The notes under the pieces were generated by a model. That model saw only the letters and a list, made by a program, of their open reading frames with translations, was not told the origin of the DNA and searched no databases. From positions 303,924,001-303,988,000 of the forward strand of contig OZ024742.1 of NCBI GenBank assembly GCA_964016885.1: a DNA stretch of 64,000 nucleotides, in the 5' to 3' direction. Of the stretch, positions 28,595 through 42,924 are shown in pieces (the stretch's first letter is position 1; each line of letters begins with the position of its first letter). The translations under genes and the position numbers were made by a program. The DNA is from Eledone cirrhosa (taxonomy: Eukaryota).

Positions 28595-28654
28595 TATATG
28601 CCGATATATATAGCATTTGAAAAAAAATGTTGTATATATAAATATATATGCCGA

Positions 28655-28775
28655 AGTGAAAGCGTGGGGCTGATTGGTTAGAGAACTGGATTCGTAATCG
28701 TGAGGTTCAGTTCGATTCCTGGACTGGGCGATGCGTTATGTCCTTGAGCAAGACACTATTTCACGTTGCTCCTTC
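28655..28775 (+). mobile_element. Second tRNA-derived SINE family fragment
   Basis: gcgtggggctgattggttagag (A box), gttcgattcc (B box), tgtccttgagcaagacact core. Confidence 0.65.
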
Positions 28776-29559
28776 TACCTGGAGTTGCGACCGATAGATA
28801 GTATTAGCAATCGGAAAGACCAACGGATACATTGTTTCCTCTGTCCGATTTGACGAAAGTGGATCGACATTTATGCCGAGATATTTTATACATATAACGT
28901 TAAAAGATTTTCAAAGAAAATTAGAAAAAGAAAACAACGAAAAAATTGTTAATGAATTTCTGTGTAAGCAAAGTTTAAAACTTGGTATATTTGATTGCTT
29001 TTGTCTAATATAAGTAATATATTGCGAACGCTCGTATCAATCAGCGATTTGTCAACCCAAGAGATAAAACAACAATAACAATATAAATCGTATCATGTGA
29101 CCCTATGATAAAAGAGAAAGAAATTATTTTAATTCGAGTCATAAAATAGTACGGAAAGATTCTCTAGCATCACGAGAAAAAGACAATGATGAAATTCTAA
29201 ATAAAAGAAGCGGATTTACTCCTCAGATGATGAAATAAGCTAGTGAAAGAATAAATATGTACGATATGAATAGATTTCTATTCAAAATGCATATTTCGCA
29301 TCTACATTGCTCAAGATAGTGCGTAGTTCAGAGATCAGACTCACTCCTGGTCGAGCTACTGCTTCTCTGAATTGAGGGATCAAAGCACCGATATTACAGG
29401 CATGTGGTTAGAAAGTCTCAGGAAAGACTAAGGGCCAGATGTTATGGGCAAAACCAGCCAGCAGGAGACCCACGTTTATCCTGAGTGAAGGGAAAACTAA
29501 TTTAAACAAAACATTGAATATTAACACAGAGCAATGCGTTTGATAGGCAAAATAGTTCA

Positions 29560-29740
29560 AGTGTTGGACAAAATCTTTTATTGCAGTTACTTACGGTCCT
29601 ATACACACTGAATACTAATTCCAGCGCGGTCAACTTCGCATTTCTACCTTCTAGGTGATAAAATAAAGTAACAGTTATGTACTCAGGTTGATGCAATCAA
29701 CTCCCTCAAATTGTTAGCCTTGCGCCTAAAATATAAATAT
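29560..29740 (+). mobile_element. Highly degenerate SINE (S1-related)
   Basis: ggtcaacttcgcatttctaccttctaggtgataaaataaagtaacagt..ttagccttgcgcctaaaatataaa. Confidence 0.5.
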
Positions 29741-30058
29741 TAACACTAACACAGTGAGATGTACGTGTATGTGCACGTCTGTGTCAAGGGAGTTGTAAGT
29801 CTGTTGGTTATCCGTTGGTTCCAAAGACGAGTGTTCGATTGAATTTAATCAAGGGAACGGCCTGCACTTGAAATTAACTTATAAGTCACTGACCATTCTC
29901 AGACACCTCTATCCTTATCGAAGTTCTCAGGGTGATTCAACTTGACACAGTGTGTAACAAATGTGTCCCTTTGTATAAGAAGTACAACTATGTACATTTT
30001 AATTACCAACATAAAAAGAATAAAAGGTAAATTTGACCGATCCAGTAAATTTTGCACA

Positions 30059-30108
<50 letters not shown>

Positions 30109-30130
30109 TATATATATATATATATATATA

Positions 30131-30223
30131 GTAATAATAATAAATTTCAAGACTAAAATCCAAAGAGGGCTCGATAAGGATAAATATATATCAAATATAT
30201 AAGAACCGTAGAGCAAATATTTA
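30131..30223. repeat. Second copy of the Penelope-associated terminal segment at 26794-26886
   Basis: gtaataataataaattt(c/g)aagactaaaatccaaagagggctcgataaggataaatatatatcaaatatataagaaccgtagagcaaatattta is near-identical at both sites. Confidence 0.85.
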
Positions 30224-30583
30224 GAGCATATATATATATATATATGTATGTGTGTAAGCACTATACATATAAAGATAGAACCGTAGAGCAAATATTTAGA
30301 GCATATATATATATATGTATGTGTGTGTGTGTGTAAGCACTATACATATAAAGATAGAAAATAATAGAAAATATTGAAACTAGCAAAAGAAAACAAAACA
30401 ACGAATCGGTATACAATTTAGAGACATATACCACATACTAAACATGACACAAAACTTCCCATAATCAAAGCACCTTCAAACAATAAATCCTCGCTAAATC
30501 ACAAGGAATTCATTGATATTTGAAGTGTAATAATTCTTTGAACAAAACAAACACTTCGTTGTCAGCCGGAAGTACTTAAAATA

Positions 30584-30970
30584 CACTAGTTACCGATGTA
30601 GCACGAATAACAAAAGTAGAAAGTTTTGTATGGAAGAGAATAGCGAGTAAAGAGATAACAGCGCTAGAGAATAGTCAAAAGAAGCACAGCAAAAAAACAA
30701 AAAAACGCAAGAAAAAGAGATGATAGAGAAAAGTCTACACAGTGATATTGAGAAAGAAAAAAAATGTAATATTTTACAGCTAACACAAAATGGCAGTAGA
30801 AATATTTAGTAATATGTTGAAGGTCACCGAAATGATACTAGTGTGATTTAGTGAAAGGAGAATCATCTTAATCCCTATGAGTCATCGGACATATACCCCC
30901 AAATGTATAGACCCGCAATTGTACTCATATCACAGATGACAAATGCTCCATTTCAAACGACCAGTTCCCT
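30584..30970 (+). mobile_element. Possible Helitron remnant
   Basis: actagttaccgatgtagcacg resembles Helitron-type termini; 30913-30970 translates PAIVLISQMTNAPFQ..QFP, weakly like the Helitron helicase IPRI.L...LPF...QFP motif. Confidence 0.25.
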
Positions 30971-32242
30971 TTTAATGGAAACAAGTAATGCTGTAATGTA
31001 GCAACATTATCAATCGGGTGCTTTTAAAGGGGCATCAATAAATGACAAACAGCTTTGTGGATATGTATAGAGGAAATTATAAAGCGAATCCCGTCCCTAT
31101 AAGAATAGGAATATTCTGGATTCAGTTACAAATGTCATGAAAAGACAATCGACCATATTTTTATATGGATGACTTCAAATTGCACGCTGCATATGACAAC
31201 CAACCGGAAACATTATTGTTTGCAGTATAGGAATTTTGTAGAAGCATCAACATGAAATTCTATTTAGAAATATGCAAAGAGGTATTCCCGTTATTCATCT
31301 CACAAATGAATGCCAACAAATTATCAAACATACGATGACATTATAAATGAACAATAGAATATGTTCAGTTAAACAGAAGATATATATAGATACAACAATA
31401 TTAAGGCAAGTTAGTATTGCACAAATAAAACTACATCAGAGAACAAACAAATCCCGATCACATCGGAACAACATAAAAATGTAACACTACACACTGTAAA
31501 AGACAGACAATAACAGAAAACTAAGAACATATTAGTTCAAAGCTAACACAGCAAAGACCACAAAGAAAGAACAGAAATGAATGACTGATTTGAACGGAGC
31601 AAGTTGCTCCATATGTCATCTGGATAAACGATTTGTAGTTACGTATGTTTGTCAGAGGATTTCACGAATAATCTCTCATGCATGTTTTTTATTCTTTTTC
31701 TGCCTATCCATGTCACCTATCCTGAGGCCTTCCTGCAAGTCCTGCTGGAAAAACATGGGCTTTTCGTAATTTATATCATACAAATAAAATCCCATATTCA
31801 ATCATTCAAGGATATTTTGAGGAACATTGTTTTATTTCTGCACTTTGCAAACTTATTGACAGTTCGCCACCTCTGTTTATCTATTCTGCCGATGATGGGG
31901 TATCACAAATTATTTGGACTGGACAAGAGAATGAATTGAGTTTTTATATCACCGTGGGAGCTATGACCCCTGATTTGATGGATAATGCTCTGAAACCACC
32001 AGAATCTATATATTACTGAACCCTCGACTGACTCTGTTAATCTCTTCCACTATTCTTATTACTCATTTTCGTTGAAAGAAGTGACCTTGAATAATAAAGG
32101 AGTATGACAGTCGTATTTATTTGATATGATTGAGGGAACGTGATCTACTGATTTAGTTGGAGATGCAAGGGCAAATGTCTTTGCAACGTTTTTCCTGTTG
32201 CTTCTGTGTTTTTCCAAATGTAGTTAGTGTAGTTTTCAATAA

Positions 32243-32430
32243 TTGTTTCTACTTTTAGCACAAGGCCTGTAATTATCCTAGTGTATTACTGGTACTTTAT
32301 TTTTTCGACCCCGTAAGGATGAAAGGCAAATTTAACCTCGGCGGGATTTGGACTCAGACCATTAGGAGTCGTAATTCTTTACTGCAAAGCATGGCGTCCG
32401 ACCCTCTACCGATACTGCCAATCCACCACC
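32243..32430 (-). mobile_element. tRNA-derived SINE (family S1)
   Basis: Full A box, B box, core and 3' end. Confidence 0.85.
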
Positions 32431-32439
32431 CTTACTAGT

Positions 32440-33110
32440 GTATTTTTCAATAATCTGGCTGTTGTTGTTGTTGATATTGATATTTTCTTTTGTTTTTGTT
32501 GGTACCATTGTTGTTGATGTTGTGGTTTTGTTGTTGATATTTCTGCTGTCACTTTGTTACTGACGTTGTTAGCAGGGACGTTGTTATGCAGCTTCTCTAG
32601 AAGGAGACTGAAACATCTGAAGTAGTTTGTGCCATCGCAATGAAAGCACTTTAATTTTCTACCCTCCACATTTGTCACTGGTATAAACCCCTTCAGTGTG
32701 AAACCGGTCGGAAATAACACAGGGAATTTCAATGTAATCAGCAATCAAATCGTCTGTCCAGTAACCAGGCATTTCTCATATGGTAAAATCATTATTAGAT
32801 TATAACTGAAAGTTTCTCTACAGTTGGCACCAAAAGCCAGGTGTCTAAAATTGGAGATTCGTTGGTAATACGTTTCATATAGATGGAATATCCTTCCAAT
32901 AGAATTAGAGCACTATCTATGAGTTTCTTACTCATACAAAGAAACAAACATATTCCAATAGCTCATATCATGAGCCGTTTCCTTTTACTCAGTTTTCTAT
33001 TTACAACTGAGTAAAAAAAAATAATGGACATAATTTAATTGGTATTTGAGGGTGATCATGATCGCATTTTTAAGGACATTTACTTCCGACATGAGAGCAA
33101 TCTGCTGGTA
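32440..33110 (-). pseudogene. Old, degenerate Tx1-like ORF1 fragment
   Basis: NVEGRKLKCFHCDGTNYFRCF matches the ORF1 knuckle VEGR..C..CG...HL.AFC, followed by a T/Q-rich tract. Confidence 0.5.
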
Positions 33111-33745
33111 AAGGGGTAGTTTCATTGGTTTCTTGGTGAAGTGGACATGTGGGATTTGAACCCATAACGTACTGAGTCGGAACATATGCCACAAAGCATC
33201 TCGTTTGACTCTTTACAATTCTGCCAATTTACCAGACTGGAACTACGGAGATTGGAACTTTATTTATCTATTGAATCCGATATTGAAGAAATATAAAATT
33301 GAGCTCAGTAGGATTTAAACTCAGAATTGTAAGAAATAGCGTGACATTATAACTGGCAGTTTAAAGATTCTACAAATTCATACAACTTTCAGGTACATTT
33401 CTGCATGCATATGAGAAAAGGTTTCTCTTCTCATGGCATTGCTCCCACGATACTGTAAATCAATAGTTCTCAGTGAACAATTAACCGTATCATCTCGAAA
33501 CACTATCAATAATAGAAAAAAGAGTATTGAAACGCCGTATATATTTTGGCTGATGCGAATTTCCAAGTACAGTTGTTGGTGGTTCTGCTAAAAGACAAGC
33601 ATTACTTACACCTAGTAATGTTGCATTCGTTATTGTTGATATTTTTCTTCTTCATCGTAGATGCAGCTGCATTCCCTGTTGTTGATGTGTTGTTTCTTTT
33701 ATTTATTTTTCTTATCATTATTTTTTTACAGTTTATTCTTCACTG

Positions 33746-34024
33746 CATAGAGTTACGACCCTTTACGTTCTGATTTCAAATCCCACCAGATTTGCCTTTC
33801 ATCCTTACGCCTTACAGGGTCGATAAAATAAAACACCAGTAATAAACTGGGGTCGATTTTATCGACGTTCCCCTCCCCAAAAATTGCTAACTATGTGTAG
33901 TAGAAATCATTCTGAGTTCAAATCCCGCCGAGGTTAACTTTGCCTTTCATCCTTACGGGATCGATAAAATAAAGTACCAGTAATGCACTGAGTATTTGCT
34001 GGCCTTGTGCCCAAAGTAGAAAAA
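33746..34024 (+). mobile_element. Two adjacent 5'-truncated S1 SINEs (33746-33908, 33911-34024)
   Basis: B box, core and 3' end occur twice; the second copy ends in the (ATT)n 34025-34042 that opens the LINE array. Confidence 0.85.
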
Positions 34025-34042
34025 ATTATTATTATTATTATT

Positions 34043-37000
34043 GTGGAAGTATACATGTCGCAGGAAATTTTGTTCCCGTAAGTTTGTGATATTTGAACAG
34101 TTTTTATTGCGAACTTATTGTAGACATTTATATTGTTTTGTGTTTAAACACACCCCCGTTCTCTAGAAGTGGTCGAAATTAATCGGAATTTAGCCCTTCG
34201 GGGCTAAATTTCAATTTGAACTTTGCATTTAGCAAATACGCCCACAAAACTGAATGTTCAGTGTCCTTGAAACCACCAACCGACTTCCTGGAGGAACAAG
34301 AGCGAGGACTAGTGTCATACCGCACGATTGCCACGAAATCGCGTCGTGTGGAGAGAGCGTCGGAGGCCCAAATCCAGAAGGCCTTGGGAACTGTGTGGGC
34401 ACGGAAAACCCACATCACCCGTGGCGAGAAATATGTTACTGTGGACGTCCTTTTTGCTACCACCCAGGAAGCAAAATCGCACTCACTGAGGACACTACGG
34501 AGTGATGGCGTAACGTTAGTCCCGTTTTACTGCTGGAAAAAAAATTGCAAAGGTCAGGGTAACCCAGGTCCCGCCCTACGCACCCGTGCCTTGGCTGGTC
34601 GTGTCTATTCTTGCGGGCATCGAGGATAGAACAACCATTCTGCGGGTACAGAAGTTGGGGAGAGAGGACTGGTCCGGTATTGGAACGGAGATGCTCATCC
34701 AAATCGACCAGGATTTCATCAGCGCTATTCCCGACGTAATAGACCTCGGGAATGGCTCCCAACTTACCATATCTGTTGAAGGAAGGCACGCAAAGTGCTT
34801 CAATTGTGGATCGAAGTCTCACCTCAGGGCTTTCTGCCCACAAAACTAACAAGGCCAAGGTTCCCCTCCTTCCAATGCCGGAACCGCTGCCATCAGAAAC
34901 AGAGCAGTCAGCGAAAAAGTCGGGAGATTCTACAGAGAGTAGGAGGACAACGTTCGTGGCATTGACACCAAAACCACGCGCAACAAAAACAGCGGTGGAA
35001 ACTGCAGTAACAGAAACAGTTGCACTAGCTGCACCTGTGCCAAGTACGGCAGACCAGACTCCACCACCACCACCAACAACAACAAAGACAAATGAGAGGG
35101 TAGAACTGATACCCCTTCTCGACCTCTCAAAGGCGGACATGGAGTATGAGGCGGCTGAGGAGTGGAAAACGGTTGTCAACAAAAAGAACAAACGCAAAAG
35201 CACCACAGCTTCTCCCTCCAGAAGTGAAGGCAAAGAAAGAGGGGTAAACACTGCAAGGAGACTTGCAGCAACACCACCACCACCATCACCATCACCACTA
35301 CAAGCATCACCACCAACAACAACCACACCACCACCAGCATCACCAAAAACACCAACATCGCAAACACAACACAGCACAGCACAACAAAATCGCCCCCCCC
35401 CCCAAAAAAAAAGTACACATCCATAAATATCACACATAAATGATTAATGTAACATATAAAACAAAACACAGACATTACAGACTCAAATTACCACACCCCG
35501 CCAACACCAAGAACATTACCCCAAAACATTACAAATGTCGAAATTAAACTGGAAGACTATAAACAATTAAAGCAAAAATTCCCCAATGCACTTGGAGATT
35601 TCAGGGGGTCAATCTCCAAAAGAACATTTACAGATATCATCTTGGCGACACCCATGGCCAGCCGAAGGGACGGTTCTACTGTCCCTTCCCCACACGATCA
35701 AGGTAAGTGGTCCTTTCTCACTTAGCCCGTTTGCTCATCCAGCATTGCTGTACTTAGACTAGGCAGTATAAATGTACGTGGCCTGGAGTCATCTTGGAAT
35801 CAGTGTCACCTGCTGAACGATCTCAGGTCACTAAACATACATGTGGTGGCCATCAGCGAGACCAGAATCTCCGAAGCACGAGCCTTCGCACCGATCTTCG
35901 GGATCGGGAGGAGGAGTTGCTGTGCTTTTTCAGAGAGGCTTAGATCTCGCTATACGGGCCATCTTGCTGGACCCAGAAGGTAAGTCGGTGGTGCTGGACG
36001 TGGCAGACAACGAAGGCAATGCTTTCAGGCTAGTAGCCGTCTACGCCCCTACAGGGGCAGGACGGCCAGGTTTCTTCAGACGTCTAGAGACCTTTCTTGG
36101 AACGTCCCGCTCTTTAGTGTTAGTGAGCGACTGGAACGGTATTATAGATGCACACTGGGATTATGTGGGGTGGGTAGACAGAGGAGGAGGGTGTAAAAGC
36201 CTCAACAACCTGCTCAGACGTTTTGAACTGTCTGACAGGTATAGACTGGATTATCCGAATGTGCCAATGTGGACATGGGCAAATGAACACCGGGTCATCC
36301 AGTTCCTATTTAGATAGGGTATTCTGTAGGGAAACAGATAAGGCTAGTGTAGGTTATCCACAATTTAAAGTAGTCGACTACAACGGACCGCAAATTTGTG
36401 ATCTGTGAAGTTGACTTAGATAGACTCCATAGGCAAGGGCCCGGTTACTGGAAGCTGAACCCGTCGTTCCCAGCGCGCAAAACTTACAGAGATCGGATTA
36501 GCGAATTATTTAAATGTGCGTTGACGGGTGCGATCGTCAACAACTGGTGGTGGTTTACGCTGAAAAGGGCTATTCGAGTAGAATCGATAAGGTTTAGCAA
36601 GGGAGTAGTGATTGAGGAAAAAAGAGTAGAGGGAGAGCTCGTTAGAAAGCTAGAAGAGGCGTTTAGGACAGGCATCGCAACCGACGTGGTTGTGGCAAGA
36701 TTGGCACTCGACCAATTCTTCAACGCTAAGCATGAAGGATGCATTGTCAGAGCTAGAGCGCCTACTCTAAGACACGATGGGGCGAAAGCCGTTCAATGGG
36801 CCCGGGTGGTGGAGGCGTGACGTGGCAACAAATCCACAATTCGGTGTTTGCTTGATCAAAACGAGCGCATGTTGCGCGAACACGAGCAGATGTGTGCGGC
36901 TTTTCAACAGCTCTTTGTTCAATAGTTCGAGAGCGGTCGCGGGCCGGATCGGAGAATGGACTTCCGTGCATACCTCGACGGACTGCCGCGGTTCTCGATG

Positions 37001-38807
37001 ACCGCAGCGCAGTGCTGCGAAAATCCGATAACAGCAGGTGAAATACGGAAAGCGATGTCTGACTACACGAGGAGTAACTCGCCAGGTTTGGTTGGTCTGC
37101 CCTACGAGCAGAAGGCTGTCCCCTCTCGTCCCTCTTGTACGTACTGGCCATCGAGCCGTTATTTCACAAATTGGAGACCATGAGGGGGGTCTCCACGCGA
37201 ACTGAGATGCGGGAGATCCGTGTCAGCTTATGCCGACGACGTCACTGTAGTGGTGTCGAGCACCAAACATGTCCAGATGCTCGGCACCACTCTCAAGGAA
37301 TACGAAGCGGTGACAGGAGTAAAGATAAGCCAGGAAATGTCGGTGGGCTTGCAACTCGGCACCTGGAGAGGCAAGTCCATGCCGTCCGACAGCGTCATGG
37401 GGCGTTGGACGGAAAGACCGGTTAAATTGCTCGGGGTCTGGTTCGGTCCGGACCTCCAGATGGAGAAAAACTGGAGCGAGGTGACGAGCAGGGTAGCCTC
37501 TCTCACCCAGAAATGGGCCGAGAGGAGGCCGTCTCTAAAAGGTCGGGTGGAGGTGGCGAATGCGTACACAGCGTCCGTCATCTATTACGGCCTGACCGTC
37601 GTACCTTTCCCCCGCCCAACTCTGACCAAAATGGAGCACCTTCTCTTCTGCTTTTTGTGGAAGGGACGTGCTCCCATGGTCAGACGATCCATTTGCTGTC
37701 AACACCCGTTGCGTGGAGGACTAAGCATGCCATGGCTGATGATGCGACATCTCTGGTGCTTCCTTGAGGGTGAACAGGTGTGGTCACCGTTTACCAGAAG
37801 CGCTTTTCCCCAGCTCGTCTCCTTGACAGAGCTGCAGTCCTGGATCAGGAAAAGACCGAGGAATAGAGCTTGCAAGCTGGAATTTCTCCAAACGCTCACC
37901 TCCTTCTACCAGCTGGACACTAATATCGGTGGAACATCCACATAGGCGTTCTATATAGGCCTAGTGCAGGGGAAGAGCGATGAGGTTCTTGGGGTGGCTC
38001 TGGGCGTCGAAGACGATTAGCTGTTCGCTCTCTTCAAGAGAACTTTCAAACCAGCCCTATGGACAACTTCCAGAAATCTCTGGCCTGGCAGTGCTACCGG
38101 GGAACGTTGCCGGTTCGGGATAAGCTCTACAGGCACGGAGGTGCTGTCAGCCGAGCCTGTCCGAGATGCGCGCAGGGCGACGAAACCGTCCTGCACGCAC
38201 TCGTTCAGTGCCCGACGATTGCTGACTTGTGGAGCTATGTAGAACAGCTTCTGTCAGATGTAGGACGGATCCGGTTATCGACTGAGTCCATTGTGCAGAT
38301 AGCCCACCATCCTCCTTTAAAGACGAGGACGGGCAGGAAGTTTTCATCTGCCTGGTGGCCATGGCGAAAGAGATTGTGTGGTGGACAAGGTTGATGGGTT
38401 GAAGATGGACACTTTTTCAAGTTTCACTTGAGGAAAATCAGGGTGGAGAGGCAAGTGCTGTCTTCTAGTAATTTTGTTGAAAGGTGGATGAAAGTGGCGA
38501 GTCAGGTCCGAGTAAAATGGCCCGCTCTGCGTATGGGCCTGTAGATTGAAGAGTGGGTAAACTGAGAGAGGGCGCTTGCTCTGGTGGTCAGGGTGGCCGT
38601 GGACGTTTTGTGTGGTTTTCGCGACGAGTGACCCTTGGAGGTTTCCCCCTTTTGGGATAATTTTTGTTGTTTGAATTATTTTGATTTCTAGCCCAATTTT
38701 GTTTTAACCTATTTACACGACCAACACCCACTTTGTATCGTCCTGTACTGTTCTGTGCCATCTCTAATGTTTTTCTTCGTGTTAGCCCTTGTGGCCAATA
38801 AATAAAC

Positions 38808-38808
<1 letters not shown>
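34043..38808 (+). mobile_element. Tx1/L1-clade LINE, ATT-associated, element A (both ends retained, degenerate)
   Basis: 5' UTR hairpin; frameshifted ORF1 (~34220-35725, CFNCGSKSHLRAFC) and ORF2 (~35744-38544) with stops, frameshifts and an RT deletion near 37110; 3' end cccttgtggccaataaataaacc followed by (ATT)n. Confidence 0.9.
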
Positions 38809-38838
<30 letters not shown>

Positions 38839-38847
38839 GTTGTTATT

Positions 38848-41800
38848 CCTTGAATCTCAGTCATTGATGTTGGTTAACTGGAAAGTCCGTTGGAATGAAT
38901 ATCAAGCCACTACCTGCAGCCTCAGATATTCAGGACGTATCGGAGGGTTCTTGTAATTCCAAGCAAGCATGCCTTTTGAAGCGTTCCAAAAAGCGTGAAG
39001 GGGCCGATTTTCTTTAACCATCCCTGGAAACTTTTGGAGATAGTCCCCAGTGTGCCTATGACAATCGGGATCACTTTGACTTCATGGCAGTTCCAAATCC
39101 TTTTCACCTCCCACTTTAGGTCCTGGTATCGGTTAATTTTCTCCCTCTCATTCTCTTGCACTCTCGTGTCGAAAGGGGAGGCCACATCCACAATCAGACA
39201 CGATATTTTTTCTTTGTCCACAACCACCAGGTCAGGTCTATTGTGTTCCAGTTTTTTGTCCGTCTGTATCCTAAAATCCCACAGCACCTTCACCTGATTG
39301 TTCTCCATCACCGCCTCTGGCCTATGCTCATACCATTTCTCAGAATGTGGTAAATTGTTTACTTTGCACAGGTGCCAGTGGTTCACCCTGCCCATCACAT
39401 CGTGTCTCCAGCCCTTATAGTGGGTCTGGGCTAGATGTTTACACTCGGACACAATGTGAGCCACAGTCTCCTCTCTCTCTCCACAGATCCTGCACAGTGG
39501 GCTAGCCTCCTCCTTGTAAATATGGTGCTTCAACCACTTCGTTTTGAGGGCCTGCTCCTGCGCAGCCATTAGCATTCCTTCTGTAGCCTTTTTGAGGTCT
39601 CCTCTTCTCAACCAGTTCCATGTCTGTGGATCTCTAAATTCAGTTTTCTCAAAGAAGGTACTATGAAGGGATTTTCCCTTAAGGCTGCTCTTCCTCCTTG
39701 ATGTTATTTCCTCCTTGGACATCCCCTGGCCTACTGTCCCCTCCTTCAGTACAGTTCTGAGCATTGGCTCCTTACTATAGGTCACGTATTTGCATAGGTT
39801 GTTTTTCTCCATCTGAACACAGTCCTCTATGCTGATAAGACCTCTTCCACCCTCAGATCTCCTTAGGTAGAGTCTATCGACATCACTCCTCTTGTGGAAC
39901 ATGTTGTAGATAGTCAATAGTTTCCTAGTCTTCCTATCCATTTCTTTTTGTTCAGCAACATTCCATCTCAGAATTCCCGCACTGTACCTAATAATAGACA
40001 CAGCTCGGGAATTTACTGCGCTTATGGCATTTCTGCTGTTCAGATGTGACTTCAATACGCTCCTTACTCTCCGAATGTATTCAGTTCTTAACAATTCCTT
40101 CATTTTTTTGTTCTTTACGCCATCAGCCTCCAGAACGCCCAAATACTTGTATCCTTCCTCCGAGTCAATTTCCTTTATCATCTCACCTGTTGTTATCTGG
40201 ATCCCGTTACTTCTGCTCAACCTACCCCTCCTCATCACAATGACTCCACATTTACTAATACCAAACTGCATACATATATCACTGCGGAAAATACGGACAG
40301 TGTCAACAAGCACATCCAACTCCTTCTCACTTTTCCCGAAGAGCTTAAGATCGTCCATGAAGAGGAGGTGATTGGTGGTAAGCTCTCCCTTACCCAACTT
40401 GTATCCTGCTCTCACTTTTCGCAGCATAATGGTCAAGGGCATCAGGGCAAGGACAAACAACAGAGGGGACAGGCTATCTCCCTGGAAGATATCTCTCTTG
40501 ATCTTCACGTTTCCCAAGGATACTCCAGTTGATGTCAACTCTGTCTCCCAGGACCCCATACTCCTGCCCCACAACTGTCTGATGCTATCTGCCACCCTGA
40601 AGATCTCCAGGCTTTTGGTGATCCAAGAATGAGGCACCATGTCAAATGCCTTTCTGTAGTCTATCCATCCCATGGCAAGATCAGTGTGTCTCCTCCTGCA
40701 ATTCCCCATTACCATCTTATCAATAAGTAACTGGTTTTTTGTACCACGTGACTTCTTTCGGCATCCTTTCTGTTCGTCCGGTAACAAGTTGTTTGTGTGG
40801 AGGTGATGGTAGATTTCCTCAGACACAATGCTCGTCAACAGTTTCCACACTACGGACAGACATGTGATAGGTCTATAGTTGGTAACATCATTACCCTTGA
40901 TTCGGTCTTTCATTACCAGAACTGTGGTACCTTTTGTCAACCACTCTGGCACCAAGCAGTCATTGAAATAGGCCGTCAGCTTCGGGTGGAGGGATGTTAA
41001 ATTTTTAATCCAATACCCCTGCACACCAACTGGGCCTGGTGATTTCCAGTTGGTTAGTTTTTTGGCCTGCGCCTTAAGAGTTTCAACTGTGATACTCAAA
41101 TCAGTTTGTTGGTGTGCCTGCTCACCGATCTCCCTCTGTACTGTCTCAATCCACCCTGCCTGGACATTATGTCTAACATCCTGCTCCCATATTCCTCTCC
41201 AGAATGTTTTAGTTTGCTCCGCCCCAGGGATCAAGTCGTTGCCTCTTTCTTTCCCCTCAAGCTGTCCAAACATCATCTTCTGGTTGTTGTCGAACATGCG
41301 GTTCTGTTTATACTGACTGACTCTGTTCTCGTATCGCCTGATTTTTGCACTCTTTGCTACAATGCGTTGCTTCAGTTCCTCTATGATAATATTTAGCTTT
41401 TTCCTCCTAGTTTTGTACTTTATTTCCAGTCTATTTTTAGTGCCTATGTTTTTTAGTGTCCCATTCAGTAGTGACTCAAGCTTTCCTATGTCATTTCTCA
41501 TTTCCCCGATCTGACCACTCAGTCGTTTCTTCCACCACGGCTCTTCTCTTTCTTGTCTGTTGTTTCCTCTCGCTTTTATACCAAGTAGTTTCCTCACCGT
41601 ATTTGCTGTTGCTTTGAGGATATTGTTGCACTGGTGAAGGCTCCTCGCCTCAAGGTATGGGATGACTTTGTTTACCTTAGCTGTTGTTTCTTTTAACTTT
41701 TTCCTGTCTACAAATCTTAGGTTCATAGGTCTCCCACTATCATTGTTCAATTCATCTACCACTAAATTTAGGATGTCAACCGAATCTTGTCCTAGTCCGT

Positions 41801-41957
41801 CAGCATTCATCTCCTCAGTGGCCATATCTCTGTTCCAGGTATTATTTATCTCAGTATTCAGATCATTGTCTGCTTCGGGTGGTTCCTCCGTTCTCAGGAC
41901 CTCTTCACCTTCATTTCCCACTGGCTCGCTTGTCTGGCATACTACACCCGCAATCTC

Positions 41958-41960
<3 letters not shown>
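38848..41960 (-). mobile_element. R4/Dong-clade RT-RLE element, family D1, element B
   Basis: Short 3' UTR ending gattcaagg followed by (AAT)n; bounded by (ATT)n 38809-38847 and 41959-41988. Confidence 0.92.
38922..41960 (-). CDS. Reverse transcriptase with restriction-like endonuclease (R4/Dong ORF, uninterrupted 1012 codons, probably N-truncated)
   Basis: WKSPG, NYRPITCL, EQKGCR, WIDYRKAFDMVPH, FQGDSLSPLLF, LFMDD, YKYLG, GGRGL, CRIC..H..C, RHD, RPDL..D..EK..Y. The poly-Ile start in the track is the microsatellite. Confidence 0.88.
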
Positions 41961-41988
<28 letters not shown>

Positions 41989-42924
41989 TGCATTTATCTT
42001 GCTTTATGTTTATACGAGTTATCACCAAGTCACAACCAGTGACCTCAAGAGACAACAAGGTCCGCCATGTTCAAGAAAGAACACACATATTCACACATGC
42101 ATCCTTAGTGTTTATACTTGTGATGTACTTATATTGACAGGATCTTCCTTAGTATATGGGCAGTTCCCATTAGTACTATCTTTTGTATTTCTCCTATACG
42201 CGGGTTTCCTGGGATTTGCGATAAGTAGTCGTTAGACCCCTTAGGTATCATTCCCAGAGCGCCTACAACCACTGGTATTGTTTTAGTTCTCAATTTCCAC
42301 ATTTTTCCAATTTCTATCTCCAGGTCCTTATACTTGCTCAATTTTTCAAATGTTTTTATAGATACATTCTTGTCTATTGGAACAGACATATCAATTAGCA
42401 GGCATACCCTCCTTTGAAAGTCCTTCAATATTATATCAGGTCTATTTGCATCTATTTTTCGGTCTGTTTGGATGCTAAAGTTCCACAAGATTGAGATGTG
42501 ATCTTTTTCAAGTATGGGAGGTGGTTGATGCTCCCACCAATTCTTTTGATGGGGCAGGTCAAAATGCTTACACATTATCCAATGTATGTATTGTGCAGCT
42601 CTGTCATGCCTGTTTAGGTATTCGGTTGGAGCTATAGGACTGCACATTGAAATTAGATGGTCAATGGTCTCTGGTTGTTTTTTGCATACACGGCATAATG
42701 GGCTGCACCCATTTTTTATTATGTTGGCTTGGTAATTTTTTGTTGGCAGACACTGATCTTGTGCGGATATAATCAGTCCTTCAGTCTCCGATTTCAGTCC
42801 AGAGGATGCCAACCACTGATGGGTTAAAGTTTTGTCAACATCAGGATTGTTAGCTCGCTCTGGGTATTTTCCATACAGAGGCTTTTCTTGCCATTTCTTA
42901 GCCAGTTTCTGTAGCAGTTCTTTC
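41989..42924 (-). mobile_element. R4/Dong-clade element, family D2, 5'-truncated element C
   Basis: CRVCKKQPETIDHLISMC, RHD, RPDII..IDMSVP..EKLSKYKDL; 3' UTR distinct from D1; nearly identical to 44250-45184. Confidence 0.9.
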
